From a virus (taxonomy: Duplodnaviria; Caudoviricetes), in the IMG/VR virus record IMGVR_UViG_3300017909_004705: 64,000 nucleotides of DNA. One strand, written 5' to 3'. The translations under genes were made by a program, and so were the position numbers. Of this stretch, positions 19,067 to 27,988 are shown in pieces. The notes beneath the pieces are model-generated. The model was not told where the DNA came from. It saw only the letters and a program-made list of their open reading frames with translations, and ran no database searches. Each line of letters starts with the position of its first letter. Positions within the stretch are counted from its first letter, which is position 1.

Positions 19067-20433
19067 GCCGATCTGCACTCCTCCCAGAATTCTTCCATCT
19101 CAGGAAATGTGTTCAAGAACCTTGTCAAACGTCTGCGGTCGTGTTCATTAAAAAAAGCGTAAAAGTTTTTTTTATTTTGCGTACTTGCGTCCGCGTTTTC
19201 GCGCCAGTATGCGAGGTTCCTCTGCATCTTCTGGATCTCAAAGTCCTTGAATATGTGTAGGCCATTCTCTTCGCCGGCGTTGTTCTGCATGTATTCTATG
19301 TTGGCCTCGTGTATTGCCTGATAACTCTCTGGTAACATCGTTATCTGTTGCCAGGCAGGTTGTCTTAGAAGTGGCACGTCGAACCATACCCTCTGGTATG
19401 TCTTGCTGTAGGCCTTCCTAAGGTCTATTATCTTCTGCAACAGTTTGTCCATGCTGGTGATACTGAGGTTGTTGTAGGTGCATATGAAGGTTATGCTGTT
19501 ACGACTAGGAATCCTGTCCAAGAACTCCTCGACATTGTCCATCATGTAGTTGAAGTCCAAACCGTCACGTATGTATTCCGCACGTTTGCCCCATGCGTCC
19601 ACACTGACAAATTGCATCATGTGTTCAACTTTCTTCTGCATACATATCTCCTGGGCCATGTTGAAGTACTTCTCTTTTAGTTTCTTGTCTGGCGGACACA
19701 TGTTGCTGGTAACATTGAGGTGAAGGTCATCCTTGGGATGGTCTATGATGTACTGGAAGACCTTGTACGTGTTCTTGTCCATCATTGGCTCTCCTCCGGT
19801 CATGCGGAAGTGTTTAAGGTTGTTGTACAGCGTGGGCCACCATTTCCAGAACGCCGTCACGTAGGGATTTTCCTCCCTGTGTGGTATGGGCCTTCTACTG
19901 CCCTGGAAGTGCTCTGGAGCGTTGTGGGGTGGAGATGTTGGATATTGGCCATACCTTTCGATCTCCTTGCCCCACGTTGTTGAGAACTGTGGAGAACAAT
20001 AACTGCACTTGAAGTTACAAGCGTTGTTGAAGTTAACCTCCACGTACCTCGGTGTCCAACTTGTCGTCATTGGATTCTGTCTAATCTGCTCGAAGTCCTG
20101 CATGGCCCATGGCTCACCGGAACGGTAGTGCCTGTCTGACATCTCTCCCGTGTCCTCCATCTTCCAGCAGTACGAACATCCATCGGGACGTTCGCCTCGT
20201 AGCATCTTGAATCTTTGGTCCAGTTTTTCAACTGTGTTGTGCAGTGCCGCTGGATTCTTCTCCAGTTGCCTTGCGTCTATTTTGTGCAATGGTGGGTGGT
20301 AGCACGAATTGGTCATCCCTGTGGGCAGGTGCAGTGAGGTCTGATTCCACTTCGCCAGGCACATCGTGGGAGACACTGTGTTCAATTTCTCCCTGGCCTT
20401 AAGTGCGTCTGCTTTGTAATCACTTGTACTCAC
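19063..20433 (-). CDS. Radical SAM protein with N-terminal twitch-like domain (#5)
   Basis: CLAKW...SCYHP...CSYCW; CNFKCSYC; MTGGEP; probable GTG start at 20433 behind AGGAG. Confidence 0.92.
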   Translation of the reverse strand: MSTSDYKADALKAREKLNTVSPTMCLAKWNQTSLHLPTGMTNSCYHPPLHKIDARQLEKNPAALHNTVEKLDQRFKMLRGERPDGCSYCWKMEDTGEMSDRHYRSGEPWAMQDFEQIRQNPMTTSWTPRYVEVNFNNACNFKCSYCSPQFSTTWGKEIERYGQYPTSPPHNAPEHFQGSRRPIPHREENPYVTAFWKWWPTLYNNLKHFRMTGGEPMMDKNTYKVFQYIIDHPKDDLHLNVTSNMCPPDKKLKEKYFNMAQEICMQKKVEHMMQFVSVDAWGKRAEYIRDGLDFNYMMDNVEEFLDRIPSRNSITFICTYNNLSITSMDKLLQKIIDLRKAYSKTYQRVWFDVPLLRQPAWQQITMLPESYQAIHEANIEYMQNNAGEENGLHIFKDFEIQKMQRNLAYWRENADASTQNKKNFYAFFNEHDRRRLTRFLNTFPEMEEFWEECRSA

Positions 20434-21319
20434 GGTCTTGCACTCCTGTGTTTTTGTGTGGTGGATAGATGTATTTGATGAACCTGCTCTGGTACTCGTC
20501 CAGTTCGGCCACGGGCAGGTCAATCCTCTGTCTTATGCTTTCTCCATACAGTCTTAGATCCTCGTCGATGTTATCTGGTTTCACTGAATTCTCATATAGG
20601 TCGATCATCTTGTCGAGATCCCTAACCTGTATCCATTCGTTGGAGTCCACTGTGGTGCTGTAGCAACCCATCCTTGCCCCCAGCATTGCATACTTGCCAT
20701 TGTCCACATCGGCTCCCACTGTCATCCATGTGCTGAGTATCCTCAAGTTAGGACCCCATATCTTTTTCATAAATTCGTCTGGTCGGATGTGTTCACCCTG
20801 GTTGAGACTCATCTTGACTCCTTCCCTATATCCTGCTATCCAGGCCTGGAAAGGTTCACTGTTGATCACACTCGTTGAATAACAGTTGTGCAAGTTTTCA
20901 TGCTTCACTGTCCAGCAAAAATCTATCTCCGCTTTTTTGTCTTTTGCATTTTCATGTGTGTGCATGTTAAGGCAAGTTTCTTTGTCCCAGCCAACCAATC
21001 CGCCATTTCCATACACCAGTCCATTGATTATGTTCTTTGCCCGCCACCTGTGTACTGCTTTCCTGTCTGTCTTTTCGAAGTCCAGTGTCTGTAAAAGGAA
21101 TCGTTCGTCGATGATGTTGTCACCATCAACACTTATGAAGAAATCGGTCTCTGAAATTTCTGCCGCGGCCTTGTGTGCAGAATCAAAACCTTTTACACCG
21201 TCAACACGTTTTGCCCATGGAACCTTGTTTTTTAGGTCAGCCCAATTTTCTTCTTTGTTGGGTTCCATGTAACTGATGTAAACAAAATCTAGGTCTGTTA
21301 CTCGGATTTTATCTGCCAT
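20420..21319 (-). CDS. Putative GT-A fold glycosyltransferase
   Basis: DFVYISYMEP start; ISVDGDN DxD motif after a hydrophobic strand. Confidence 0.65.
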   Translation of the reverse strand: MADKIRVTDLDFVYISYMEPNKEENWADLKNKVPWAKRVDGVKGFDSAHKAAAEISETDFFISVDGDNIIDERFLLQTLDFEKTDRKAVHRWRAKNIINGLVYGNGGLVGWDKETCLNMHTHENAKDKKAEIDFCWTVKHENLHNCYSTSVINSEPFQAWIAGYREGVKMSLNQGEHIRPDEFMKKIWGPNLRILSTWMTVGADVDNGKYAMLGARMGCYSTTVDSNEWIQVRDLDKMIDLYENSVKPDNIDEDLRLYGESIRQRIDLPVAELDEYQSRFIKYIYPPHKNTGVQDREYK

Positions 21320-21600
21320 TGGTATCCTTTCTCTGCCACGTCCTCTATCCAGTATGGATCACCTTCATGGAAATGTGCTCCAACATCTGCCTTAACCAAT
21401 ACTTTGCACTTGACTTTAGTTTTTTTTCTTGGTCTGAGAACTATGTTTCCATCTTTGAGCATGAATGCTGACTCCCCAGAACGCATTATCTCCAATTTCT
21501 TTTCAAGGCTTACTTCTATGCTCTGTCCATCTACGGTGACCATGTGCCTCTTTTTCTTTGGCGGCGGCATGTCTGCAAGTGCTCTAAGAAGTGGATCCAT
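21298..21600 (-). CDS. Hypothetical protein
   Basis: 100-aa ORF overlapping its neighbours in the operon. Confidence 0.7.
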   Translation of the reverse strand: MDPLLRALADMPPPKKKRHMVTVDGQSIEVSLEKKLEIMRSGESAFMLKDGNIVLRPRKKTKVKCKVLVKADVGAHFHEGDPYWIEDVAEKGYQWQIKSE

Positions 21601-22384
21601 TCAATTCTCCTACTAATTTCTTGTTGTGATAATGCACTATCCTGCTTTGCCTATAGCCTCCCATGTATAGTCTGTGTCCCACCTTGAGAGGGTAAAGGAA
21701 ATTGTCGTTGTCGAATTGCTGTCCTATGCCATTGATGTGCTGTTTGTTGTGCATGAACTTGAACCATTCATAATCAATTTTGCCATTTTGTAAAGGATCC
21801 TGTATTTTGTTTGCCAATGCATACACCACATCTGTGGTAGGCTGTTCGTCATGGCAGTTCACAAGTACTTTTTCTTTTACAGTCTTCCAATCTTTTATTA
21901 TAGTTTCACAGATGTCATAGAACTGTTTTGCCTTGACGCTCCTTCTAAAATAATGTAGACCATTGTACACATCAGGCAATCTGTTTCTCTCAAACAACTT
22001 CCTATAGAAACTGCTTACTATTACCCTGTCCTGATAGTTCCTACAATTATATGAGAACACTTGATCATGTTGCCAAAGGAAATTCCACCACCAGTCTGTG
22101 TTTTGTGTGAACAACATGTCCGCCTCAAGTTTGATTGTGTGAGTGAACGGTGTCAATGCAAACACCTTGTATTCATTGTTTAGTTTCCATTCCTGTCCTG
22201 CACTGTCATCTTCTTTGAGAACTTTGACAAAATCAAACAGTTCATCCTCCAGAGGTTTGTCAGTGATCACGCAAACCTTGTTATGCCGATTTACTTCCTT
22301 GATACTTTTGGCCAGTGTTCTGCTGAGTGCAACATAGTCCGTGGTTGAGTTGTTCAACGCAAACCAAACATATCCCCTATCCAT
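21584..22384 (-). CDS. Putative glycosyltransferase (GT8/GT-A-like)
   Basis: TPFTHTIKLEADML (ExD), YNGLHYF, C-terminal VHYH. Confidence 0.7.
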   Translation of the reverse strand: MDRGYVWFALNNSTTDYVALSRTLAKSIKEVNRHNKVCVITDKPLEDELFDFVKVLKEDDSAGQEWKLNNEYKVFALTPFTHTIKLEADMLFTQNTDWWWNFLWQHDQVFSYNCRNYQDRVIVSSFYRKLFERNRLPDVYNGLHYFRRSVKAKQFYDICETIIKDWKTVKEKVLVNCHDEQPTTDVVYALANKIQDPLQNGKIDYEWFKFMHNKQHINGIGQQFDNDNFLYPLKVGHRLYMGGYRQSRIVHYHNKKLVGELNGSTS

Positions 22385-23129
22385 TGCACCACTCCTTGTC
22401 CATTATGTGTACGTCCAATCCAGATGTTAAATTGACTTTGTTGCCGTGTTTGAAAATTATACCATCGTCATCACTGTCCAGAACGTCAACGCTGTCAGCC
22501 AACATGCTCATAGGCGTTGGTATCCTATCTCCCAGGTTCAACTGATGCAGTGCTATTGCGAACGCATAGTCATTCCTGTAATTCTCATAACGAATCCTGT
22601 AAAGGTTCTTGTAGTGTGTATAATACTGTTGCACGTGTTTGATCAATTCAAATATCTGTTTAGTTTTCTCTGTTTTACGGAATAGAGTCACCGTCGCCCA
22701 AACCAAAGGCAGAGTGCTTTCATCCTTGCCCTCTATCATGTTTTGCCCTGTGAGATCCTTAACACGATCATGCAACATCATGTCAAATTTAGTATTTGCA
22801 AGTTCAAGTAGAGTTGAAGAGAAAACAAAGTAGTCACAGTCCATCAGTATGGTTGTGTCGTAGGGAGAATGTTCGTATGCAAGAGCACGTTCTTTGTTGT
22901 ACCATGCAACATTTTTTCCCCTGTATGTTCTCTTATTTGTTGTCTTTGCGTCCACCAACTTATAGTTGATCATGCCCATAGGTTTGAATTTCTTAAATGT
23001 CTCTAAATTTGTTACTATCGTAATTTCTAGTTGTAGATACTTTTTGATTTGTGCCACACAACGCTCAGCCAACTTGTGATATTGTGTGTCAGGATTGTCG
23101 AAACAATATATTAGGACCCCAGTCGTCAT
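22377..23129 (-). CDS. Putative glycosyltransferase (GT8/GT-A-like), paralog of 21584..22384
   Basis: SPYDTTILMDCDY (DxD), RNDYAFAIAL, DVHIMDK. Confidence 0.7.
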   Translation of the reverse strand: MTTGVLIYCFDNPDTQYHKLAERCVAQIKKYLQLEITIVTNLETFKKFKPMGMINYKLVDAKTTNKRTYRGKNVAWYNKERALAYEHSPYDTTILMDCDYFVFSSTLLELANTKFDMMLHDRVKDLTGQNMIEGKDESTLPLVWATVTLFRKTEKTKQIFELIKHVQQYYTHYKNLYRIRYENYRNDYAFAIALHQLNLGDRIPTPMSMLADSVDVLDSDDDGIIFKHGNKVNLTSGLDVHIMDKEWCNG

Positions 23130-23446
23130 TATCTTCCCTTAGTTGAGAGATCTTGATGCAGTCGGTGATATGCGTTCAGTGTTTCCTGGTTCCTTTGTAT
23201 CAATCTTCGTAGGAAATCATCCGGGTCTTGTATGTGACAAGGATTGTCGTTCACGTCCAACACAAAAAAATCTTTGTTATGTTGCTTCATTGTGCTTACA
23301 AGATTTATGGTGTCAGCGTTAGCCTTAAAAAGCCTTTCGTTGTAAGCCATCAACTGTCGAGAACGCATCTTTTCCAGTGCGTTGTCCTTAGCCTGTGCGA
23401 CTTCAAAGTTAAGGTCCGAGTGTTTCTTAATATTGCCAATATCCAT
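23129..23446 (-). CDS. Hypothetical protein, first gene of the enzyme operon
   Basis: 105-aa ORF immediately downstream of a promoter. Confidence 0.75.
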   Translation of the reverse strand: MDIGNIKKHSDLNFEVAQAKDNALEKMRSRQLMAYNERLFKANADTINLVSTMKQHNKDFFVLDVNDNPCHIQDPDDFLRRLIQRNQETLNAYHRLHQDLSTKGR

Positions 23447-23447
23447 A

Positions 23448-23483
23448 TAACTGTATTATACAGTTAATTATTGCTGAATGCAA
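23448..23483 (-). promoter_or_regulatory. Sigma70-type promoter with an overlapping perfect inverted repeat (candidate operator)
   Basis: Minus strand TTGCAT(23483-23478), 17 nt, TATAAT(23460-23455); IR TAACTGTAT-n-ATACAGTTA at 23448-23466. Confidence 0.7.
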
Positions 23484-23499
23484 TATGGAAAATAATTTA

Positions 23500-24477
23500 T
23501 TATGCTGTAGTGTTGGACTCTATCGCACTTGCTGATATTGTAGCAACGGAACCTAGACCCTGGTCCGTCGTTGGGTTTACAGTGTGCAATGCCCAGTCTG
23601 TCGTACCAATGAAGTTTGCGAACTGGTCCACACCTGAAGTGTTACCATCTGTGAACTCTGAGTCTCCTGAGTCAGCGTCAATCACTGAACACTTGATTGT
23701 TACCTTTGTAGCATCGCCATAAGTGGCGTTGTCCACTTTGCCTTCTATCTTTAGATCCATGGTTGTGTAGGTTCCACTGGATTGTCTAATTACAGCAATA
23801 GTTACGTATGATGTGCCGAAGTCATCTACTCCGTTTGCGAGACCATCAGTCTGTAGTGTCTCACCTGAACCTGATCTTGTTGATACCTGTGCGCCGATGT
23901 CAAAGTTGCCCAGTGCCGTGATCAACTCGTCAACTGAAGCATCCTTTGATGTGGCGGAACCACCACCGTTGCCTGTTCTGGTCAATTTAATTCTTATCTT
24001 ACCACCTGCGTTGAAGAAATGTCTTAAGTCATTGCCGTTTGCAAAACTTACTGAATGTTCAACCACGTGTGAACCAGCGTATCTTGTTCCTGATGCCGCA
24101 CTTCTAAGTTCTGAACTTTCAGATACTGCTGTGGCATTAACACAACCACCCGCGACTGATGCCGATAGAGTTGCCAGGTCCGTGGCTACAGCGGCTTTGA
24201 TCTTTATTGGATCTCCTGCTGTTACCTGTCCCCTTGCTGTCATTGAATCGTTTGTGTGGTTGGCAATGTTGTCAATCCCTGCTAGAAGTGAATTCCAACT
24301 GGCCGCTTTGATAAGATTAGAATCTGAAGCACTTACCTGTGCTAACTCTGTTTGGCCCAGTCCTTGATTGCCTGATCCTGTGCCGGCAATGTGATTGTAA
24401 CCAAATGGAGAACTTGAACTCGCAACAAATACGTTGTATTCATCGTCTTTGATGGTTTCGCCTGCTACATATCCCAT
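23500..24477 (-). CDS. Virion structural protein (tail fibre-associated)
   Basis: Gly/Ser/Thr/Ala-rich; RHFFNAGGKIRI motif; last gene of the tail module. Confidence 0.65.
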   Translation of the reverse strand: MGYVAGETIKDDEYNVFVASSSSPFGYNHIAGTGSGNQGLGQTELAQVSASDSNLIKAASWNSLLAGIDNIANHTNDSMTARGQVTAGDPIKIKAAVATDLATLSASVAGGCVNATAVSESSELRSAASGTRYAGSHVVEHSVSFANGNDLRHFFNAGGKIRIKLTRTGNGGGSATSKDASVDELITALGNFDIGAQVSTRSGSGETLQTDGLANGVDDFGTSYVTIAVIRQSSGTYTTMDLKIEGKVDNATYGDATKVTIKCSVIDADSGDSEFTDGNTSGVDQFANFIGTTDWALHTVNPTTDQGLGSVATISASAIESNTTA

Positions 24478-24481
24478 AATT

Positions 24482-26107
24482 CTATTTGACTCCTATCACA
24501 CACTCTGTGAGTGCTGTTTCTTCATTATATTTAGCTTTTATTAAACGCCCTATTACATTAAAATGGTTGCATTCGTCTGCCGTGGCCACACGTGCTTCGG
24601 CATTTCCTGCCGAAACTAGCCTGTCACCTGCCTTGCCAGTGCCTTTGAGCTTCACGAACACACGTCCTTTCAGTGCTACCATAGGATGTGTGTGGTTGTT
24701 TCCTGCCTGTGCATTCATCAAAAATGCTGGTGAATCTGACACTACACCAAAAACAGCGTCTGAAAGTTCAGTTTGACATTTGGTAACTTCAGCATGGCCT
24801 CCCAACTGCACTACATCACCTGCTTCTGTTTCACAGTCAGCCTCGTATCTCTCTGCCAAGTCAGCATATTGGGCCGATGTCGATGTAGCGTGAACAATGT
24901 TTGCTCTTAGATCAACCAAGGTTGGTGCTTCTAGTTCAGTGTCACCATCAGCGCCTTTGAACGCCGTCCAGGCACCACCTGCATTGCCATGAATCGTTGT
25001 GCCGTCATCCGCGAATGTTTCGTCCCACACCCAATAAAGGTTCTGTTCTGTTGCACTCGATGTTGCACCTCTGTTGACCTTCAATCCAGAATAACTTGGC
25101 ATTCCTGCGTTTGAAGAAATATTCCTATTCAATTCTATTATATTGTCTTCTACAGAAAGAGTTACTGTGTTCATTATGGTGTTTGTGCCATCAACTGTCA
25201 AATCGCCAACTCTTAGATGTTCAATCCTTCCTGTGGATCCTTTGATTCTTAACGCTTCTGTCTGTGTTCCACCGTCATTGACCGTGAAAATTATGTCTTT
25301 GTTTTCTGTAGTTTGTGCAATGGTGAAATCATCGCTTGAAAGTTGCATGGTTACATCTGAACCGGCACCTATTGTAATACCTAAATCATTCAACACACCC
25401 AAACTTCCTGATGTTGTGTCATTGGCATTGGATCTTAGGTAGTTGGCCGCGGCTACTCCACCCAATGAATCCGAGTCTGTGGAGGTACCTCTGAATTTTG
25501 CAGAAGTTACCGCTGATGAAAGTTGAATACCCTGTGCGACTGTGGAATATCCTGCCGCGATAAGAGCCGCGCCTGCCGTCTCCGAAGAGCTAGGAGTAAA
25601 TGCCAAGTTGGAAACAACTCCAACCACAGCATCATTGGCCACAAATTTTAAGATGTCTCTGTTTACACCGGTGTTGTCTTGTATGGTTTCTGGAATGGCA
25701 TTGGTCACACCTGAACCTGCAACCGTTGTTGGTCCAATCAGTGTCCAAGCAGATCCATCATATACGTAATACTGTTTGTTGGTAGTGTCAAACCATTCAT
25801 CACCAAGCACAGCATTAGTTGGTGCAGTGGTTGACGGAGTAGGTCCCAGTGGTTTAAATTTTGCTCCTGTGTACACGTTAAGTTGATTGTTAGTCTTGTC
25901 GTACCACAGTTGTCCTTGAATTTTGTTGTTTGGTGCTGATGTGTTGTTAAAATTTTCTAGAAGTTTTACAAGGTTTTCATTCAACGCCTCTCCGAAACCC
26001 GCATAACCTTTTCCGATCAGTGTGAGATCAGTTGTGGTTGTGTCTATCGTTCCATCCGCGAGGGTGACCAATAAGGTTCCGAATGTGTTGTTTATCTTGT
26101 AAGCCAT
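24482..26107 (-). CDS. Tail fibre/baseplate protein with C-terminal autocleaving chaperone-like domain
   Basis: N-terminal LIGKGYAGFGE..NENLVKLLENF module, GQLWYD/GDEWFD repeats, C-terminal YADLAERY...GVVS...PMVALKGRV. Confidence 0.75.
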   Translation of the reverse strand: MAYKINNTFGTLLVTLADGTIDTTTTDLTLIGKGYAGFGEALNENLVKLLENFNNTSAPNNKIQGQLWYDKTNNQLNVYTGAKFKPLGPTPSTTAPTNAVLGDEWFDTTNKQYYVYDGSAWTLIGPTTVAGSGVTNAIPETIQDNTGVNRDILKFVANDAVVGVVSNLAFTPSSSETAGAALIAAGYSTVAQGIQLSSAVTSAKFRGTSTDSDSLGGVAAANYLRSNANDTTSGSLGVLNDLGITIGAGSDVTMQLSSDDFTIAQTTENKDIIFTVNDGGTQTEALRIKGSTGRIEHLRVGDLTVDGTNTIMNTVTLSVEDNIIELNRNISSNAGMPSYSGLKVNRGATSSATEQNLYWVWDETFADDGTTIHGNAGGAWTAFKGADGDTELEAPTLVDLRANIVHATSTSAQYADLAERYEADCETEAGDVVQLGGHAEVTKCQTELSDAVFGVVSDSPAFLMNAQAGNNHTHPMVALKGRVFVKLKGTGKAGDRLVSAGNAEARVATADECNHFNVIGRLIKAKYNEETALTECVIGVK

Positions 26108-26110
26108 ACT

Positions 26111-26290
26111 TTAATTGTTTGATGCGTTGTCTCTTACGTCTACTAGAAAACTAACATCACCCACCAACTTGATTAATATAGCCGCTAATTCTGGTGTAAG
26201 CATTTGATCTATCTTTGCCTCTTCGGCATCAGTCCATGCTGTTCCGTAGTTTGCATTGATGTAATCTGCCACTTCTTGTTTTGTTGCCAT
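26111..26290 (-). CDS. 59-aa hypothetical protein (not in ORF track)
   Basis: MATKQEVADYINANYGTAWT...DNASNN*; AAGGAG SD; TAAATA at 26311-26316. Confidence 0.75.
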   Translation of the reverse strand: MATKQEVADYINANYGTAWTDAEEAKIDQMLTPELAAILIKLVGDVSFLVDVRDNASNN

Positions 26291-26309
26291 TTAAATGTAC
26301 TCCTTATGC

Positions 26310-26774
26310 TTATTTATTACGGCTGTTGATCTGCTCATCGTCTGATATCCAAGTTAAATCCTCAGAATATGCCCCATCGAGATCACGTAAAAATGTCTTA
26401 ACATTGCTTTCCGTAAGCATCATATTGTGGTATTTTGTGTATCTTTTGTGAAGTGCCTGTTCCTTTGTGGCGGTGTATACCAACTTCAGCTCTCTTTCTT
26501 TTGCCAGTTTCATTATACTGTCTATGCACAACTTCAAAGCAGTGTGTACTTTGCGACTATCCGCCTGTTTATCAGTGACAATCCATTCCATGAATCCAAA
26601 CTGTGTGCCCTCTCCTATGTACAATCCTCCAGCACACAATGGCTTTCCGTTGTCTTCAATGATGATTCCCTCTGGTGGAAGGCACTCCTTTGGCACTTTG
26701 CCAAATTCCCAATCAGCCCACCACTTGACTAAGGTGTCATAATCTTTATCTCTGTCCCACTTCCTACTTTGCAT
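26310..26774 (-). CDS. Putative GNAT-fold acyltransferase
   Basis: GNAT-like strand/helix pattern (PLCAGGLY, FMEWIVTD, LAKERELKLVYT). Confidence 0.5.
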   Translation of the reverse strand: MQSRKWDRDKDYDTLVKWWADWEFGKVPKECLPPEGIIIEDNGKPLCAGGLYIGEGTQFGFMEWIVTDKQADSRKVHTALKLCIDSIMKLAKERELKLVYTATKEQALHKRYTKYHNMMLTESNVKTFLRDLDGAYSEDLTWISDDEQINSRNK

Positions 26775-27351
26775 TTTTTTGTATCACTATCTTGTTTATG
26801 TTATATCTTTTTGAAAAGCACATGTCTACGCATTCGGCCACATCTCCTGCATCCAACTTTGGGTATTCATCCCATAATCCATTGCTCATATCGGTATCTA
26901 CAGTGTCGGGACAAACATCATATATCTGTATGGGATAATCATAAAGATCTTGTTGAGCCTTCTCGATAAATTCAATCAATTCTTTTTTGTTTTTGCAATA
27001 CCAATTATATTCTTGTTGCTTTAAACTGCTATCCATGCCAGCCTGGGTGCCAGACGTGCTTGTAATTACTGCCACATGCTTCTCATCATTTTTATATAAG
27101 TCAATGATTGCTTTTAACATTTTAAGTTGACTGTCTTTTGCGTAGGCATTCAACACAATATATTTGAAGTTTGCCATTTGTTGCACAATGGCATCACAGT
27201 CTTTGTCGACATCGAGTCCTTCTGACTTTGATACTCCATAACAAAAATAATTTTTTGATTTGTACAAGTCAAATATTGCCTTTCCTATACCTCTGGTGTG
27301 GCCTGTAACAAATATCCTAGGTTTTTTGCTTTCTTGACTCATATGTATCAA
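26764..27351 (-). CDS. Short-chain dehydrogenase/reductase
   Basis: TGHTRGIG, LNA, YCKNK (YxxxK), CPDTVDTDM. Confidence 0.85.
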   Translation of the reverse strand: MIHMSQESKKPRIFVTGHTRGIGKAIFDLYKSKNYFCYGVSKSEGLDVDKDCDAIVQQMANFKYIVLNAYAKDSQLKMLKAIIDLYKNDEKHVAVITSTSGTQAGMDSSLKQQEYNWYCKNKKELIEFIEKAQQDLYDYPIQIYDVCPDTVDTDMSNGLWDEYPKLDAGDVAECVDMCFSKRYNINKIVIQKNAK

Positions 27352-27988
27352 CTAAATTTTCCAGCCCTTCAAAACATTCTGAATAATGCTGGTAATATTT
27401 TTCAAACTTCTCTTTAGTATACTCTGATTCTTTGAAAAAGTCAATTAGCAAGGTGGTTCTCTCACCAGGATTATTGTTGAAACCGTTGTGTAACTGCCTG
27501 TCTGGCTGAAATACAAAAGCATCTCCAGTTTTCCAAGTGTACAACTCTTGCTTTTCCGTATCAATGTTCATTACGTACATACCGCTTTGATCTCCACCAC
27601 CGTCATCTAGGCACATTTGATATCTCCAACCGCCTTCGTTGTCAGTATGATTACCAATTTTCGTGTTTGGGCCAACCGTCATAATAGCAACATTAGTCTT
27701 GTAAGGAAATTTCCTTAGTATCGAATACAGTATCGGATAATCATTGAATGACTGACCTTCGTGATCTCCTGATTGTATTCCAAGTGCCCGCCACTGTCCA
27801 TGCACATAGTCACCTGACTTGTCATCAAAATCGTCAGGAAGTCCTCGCACACTGTCGGAAAAATCTTCTGGGTCTAGAAAAGTTTTGTTAGGTTGGGTGT
27901 CAAACTCGTGTTTAATGTTTTGCCAGTGTTTGTCTAACTGTCTAAAACATTCGCCTTGTTTTCCGTGGTAAAAACTTTTATCAAGCAT
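27317..27988 (-). CDS. Aspartyl/asparaginyl beta-hydroxylase family 2OG-Fe(II) oxygenase
   Basis: HTD...WKTGDAFVF...LHNGFN...RTTLLIDF (HxD...H...R). Confidence 0.85.
   Translation of the reverse strand: MLDKSFYHGKQGECFRQLDKHWQNIKHEFDTQPNKTFLDPEDFSDSVRGLPDDFDDKSGDYVHGQWRALGIQSGDHEGQSFNDYPILYSILRKFPYKTNVAIMTVGPNTKIGNHTDNEGGWRYQMCLDDGGGDQSGMYVMNIDTEKQELYTWKTGDAFVFQPDRQLHNGFNNNPGERTTLLIDFFKESEYTKEKFEKYYQHYSECFEGLENLVDTYESRKQKT

Noticed and set aside
23451-23463. LexA SOS box (CTGT...ACAG)
   Set aside because: The spacer is 5 nt, not the 8 nt of the canonical CTGT-N8-ACAG box
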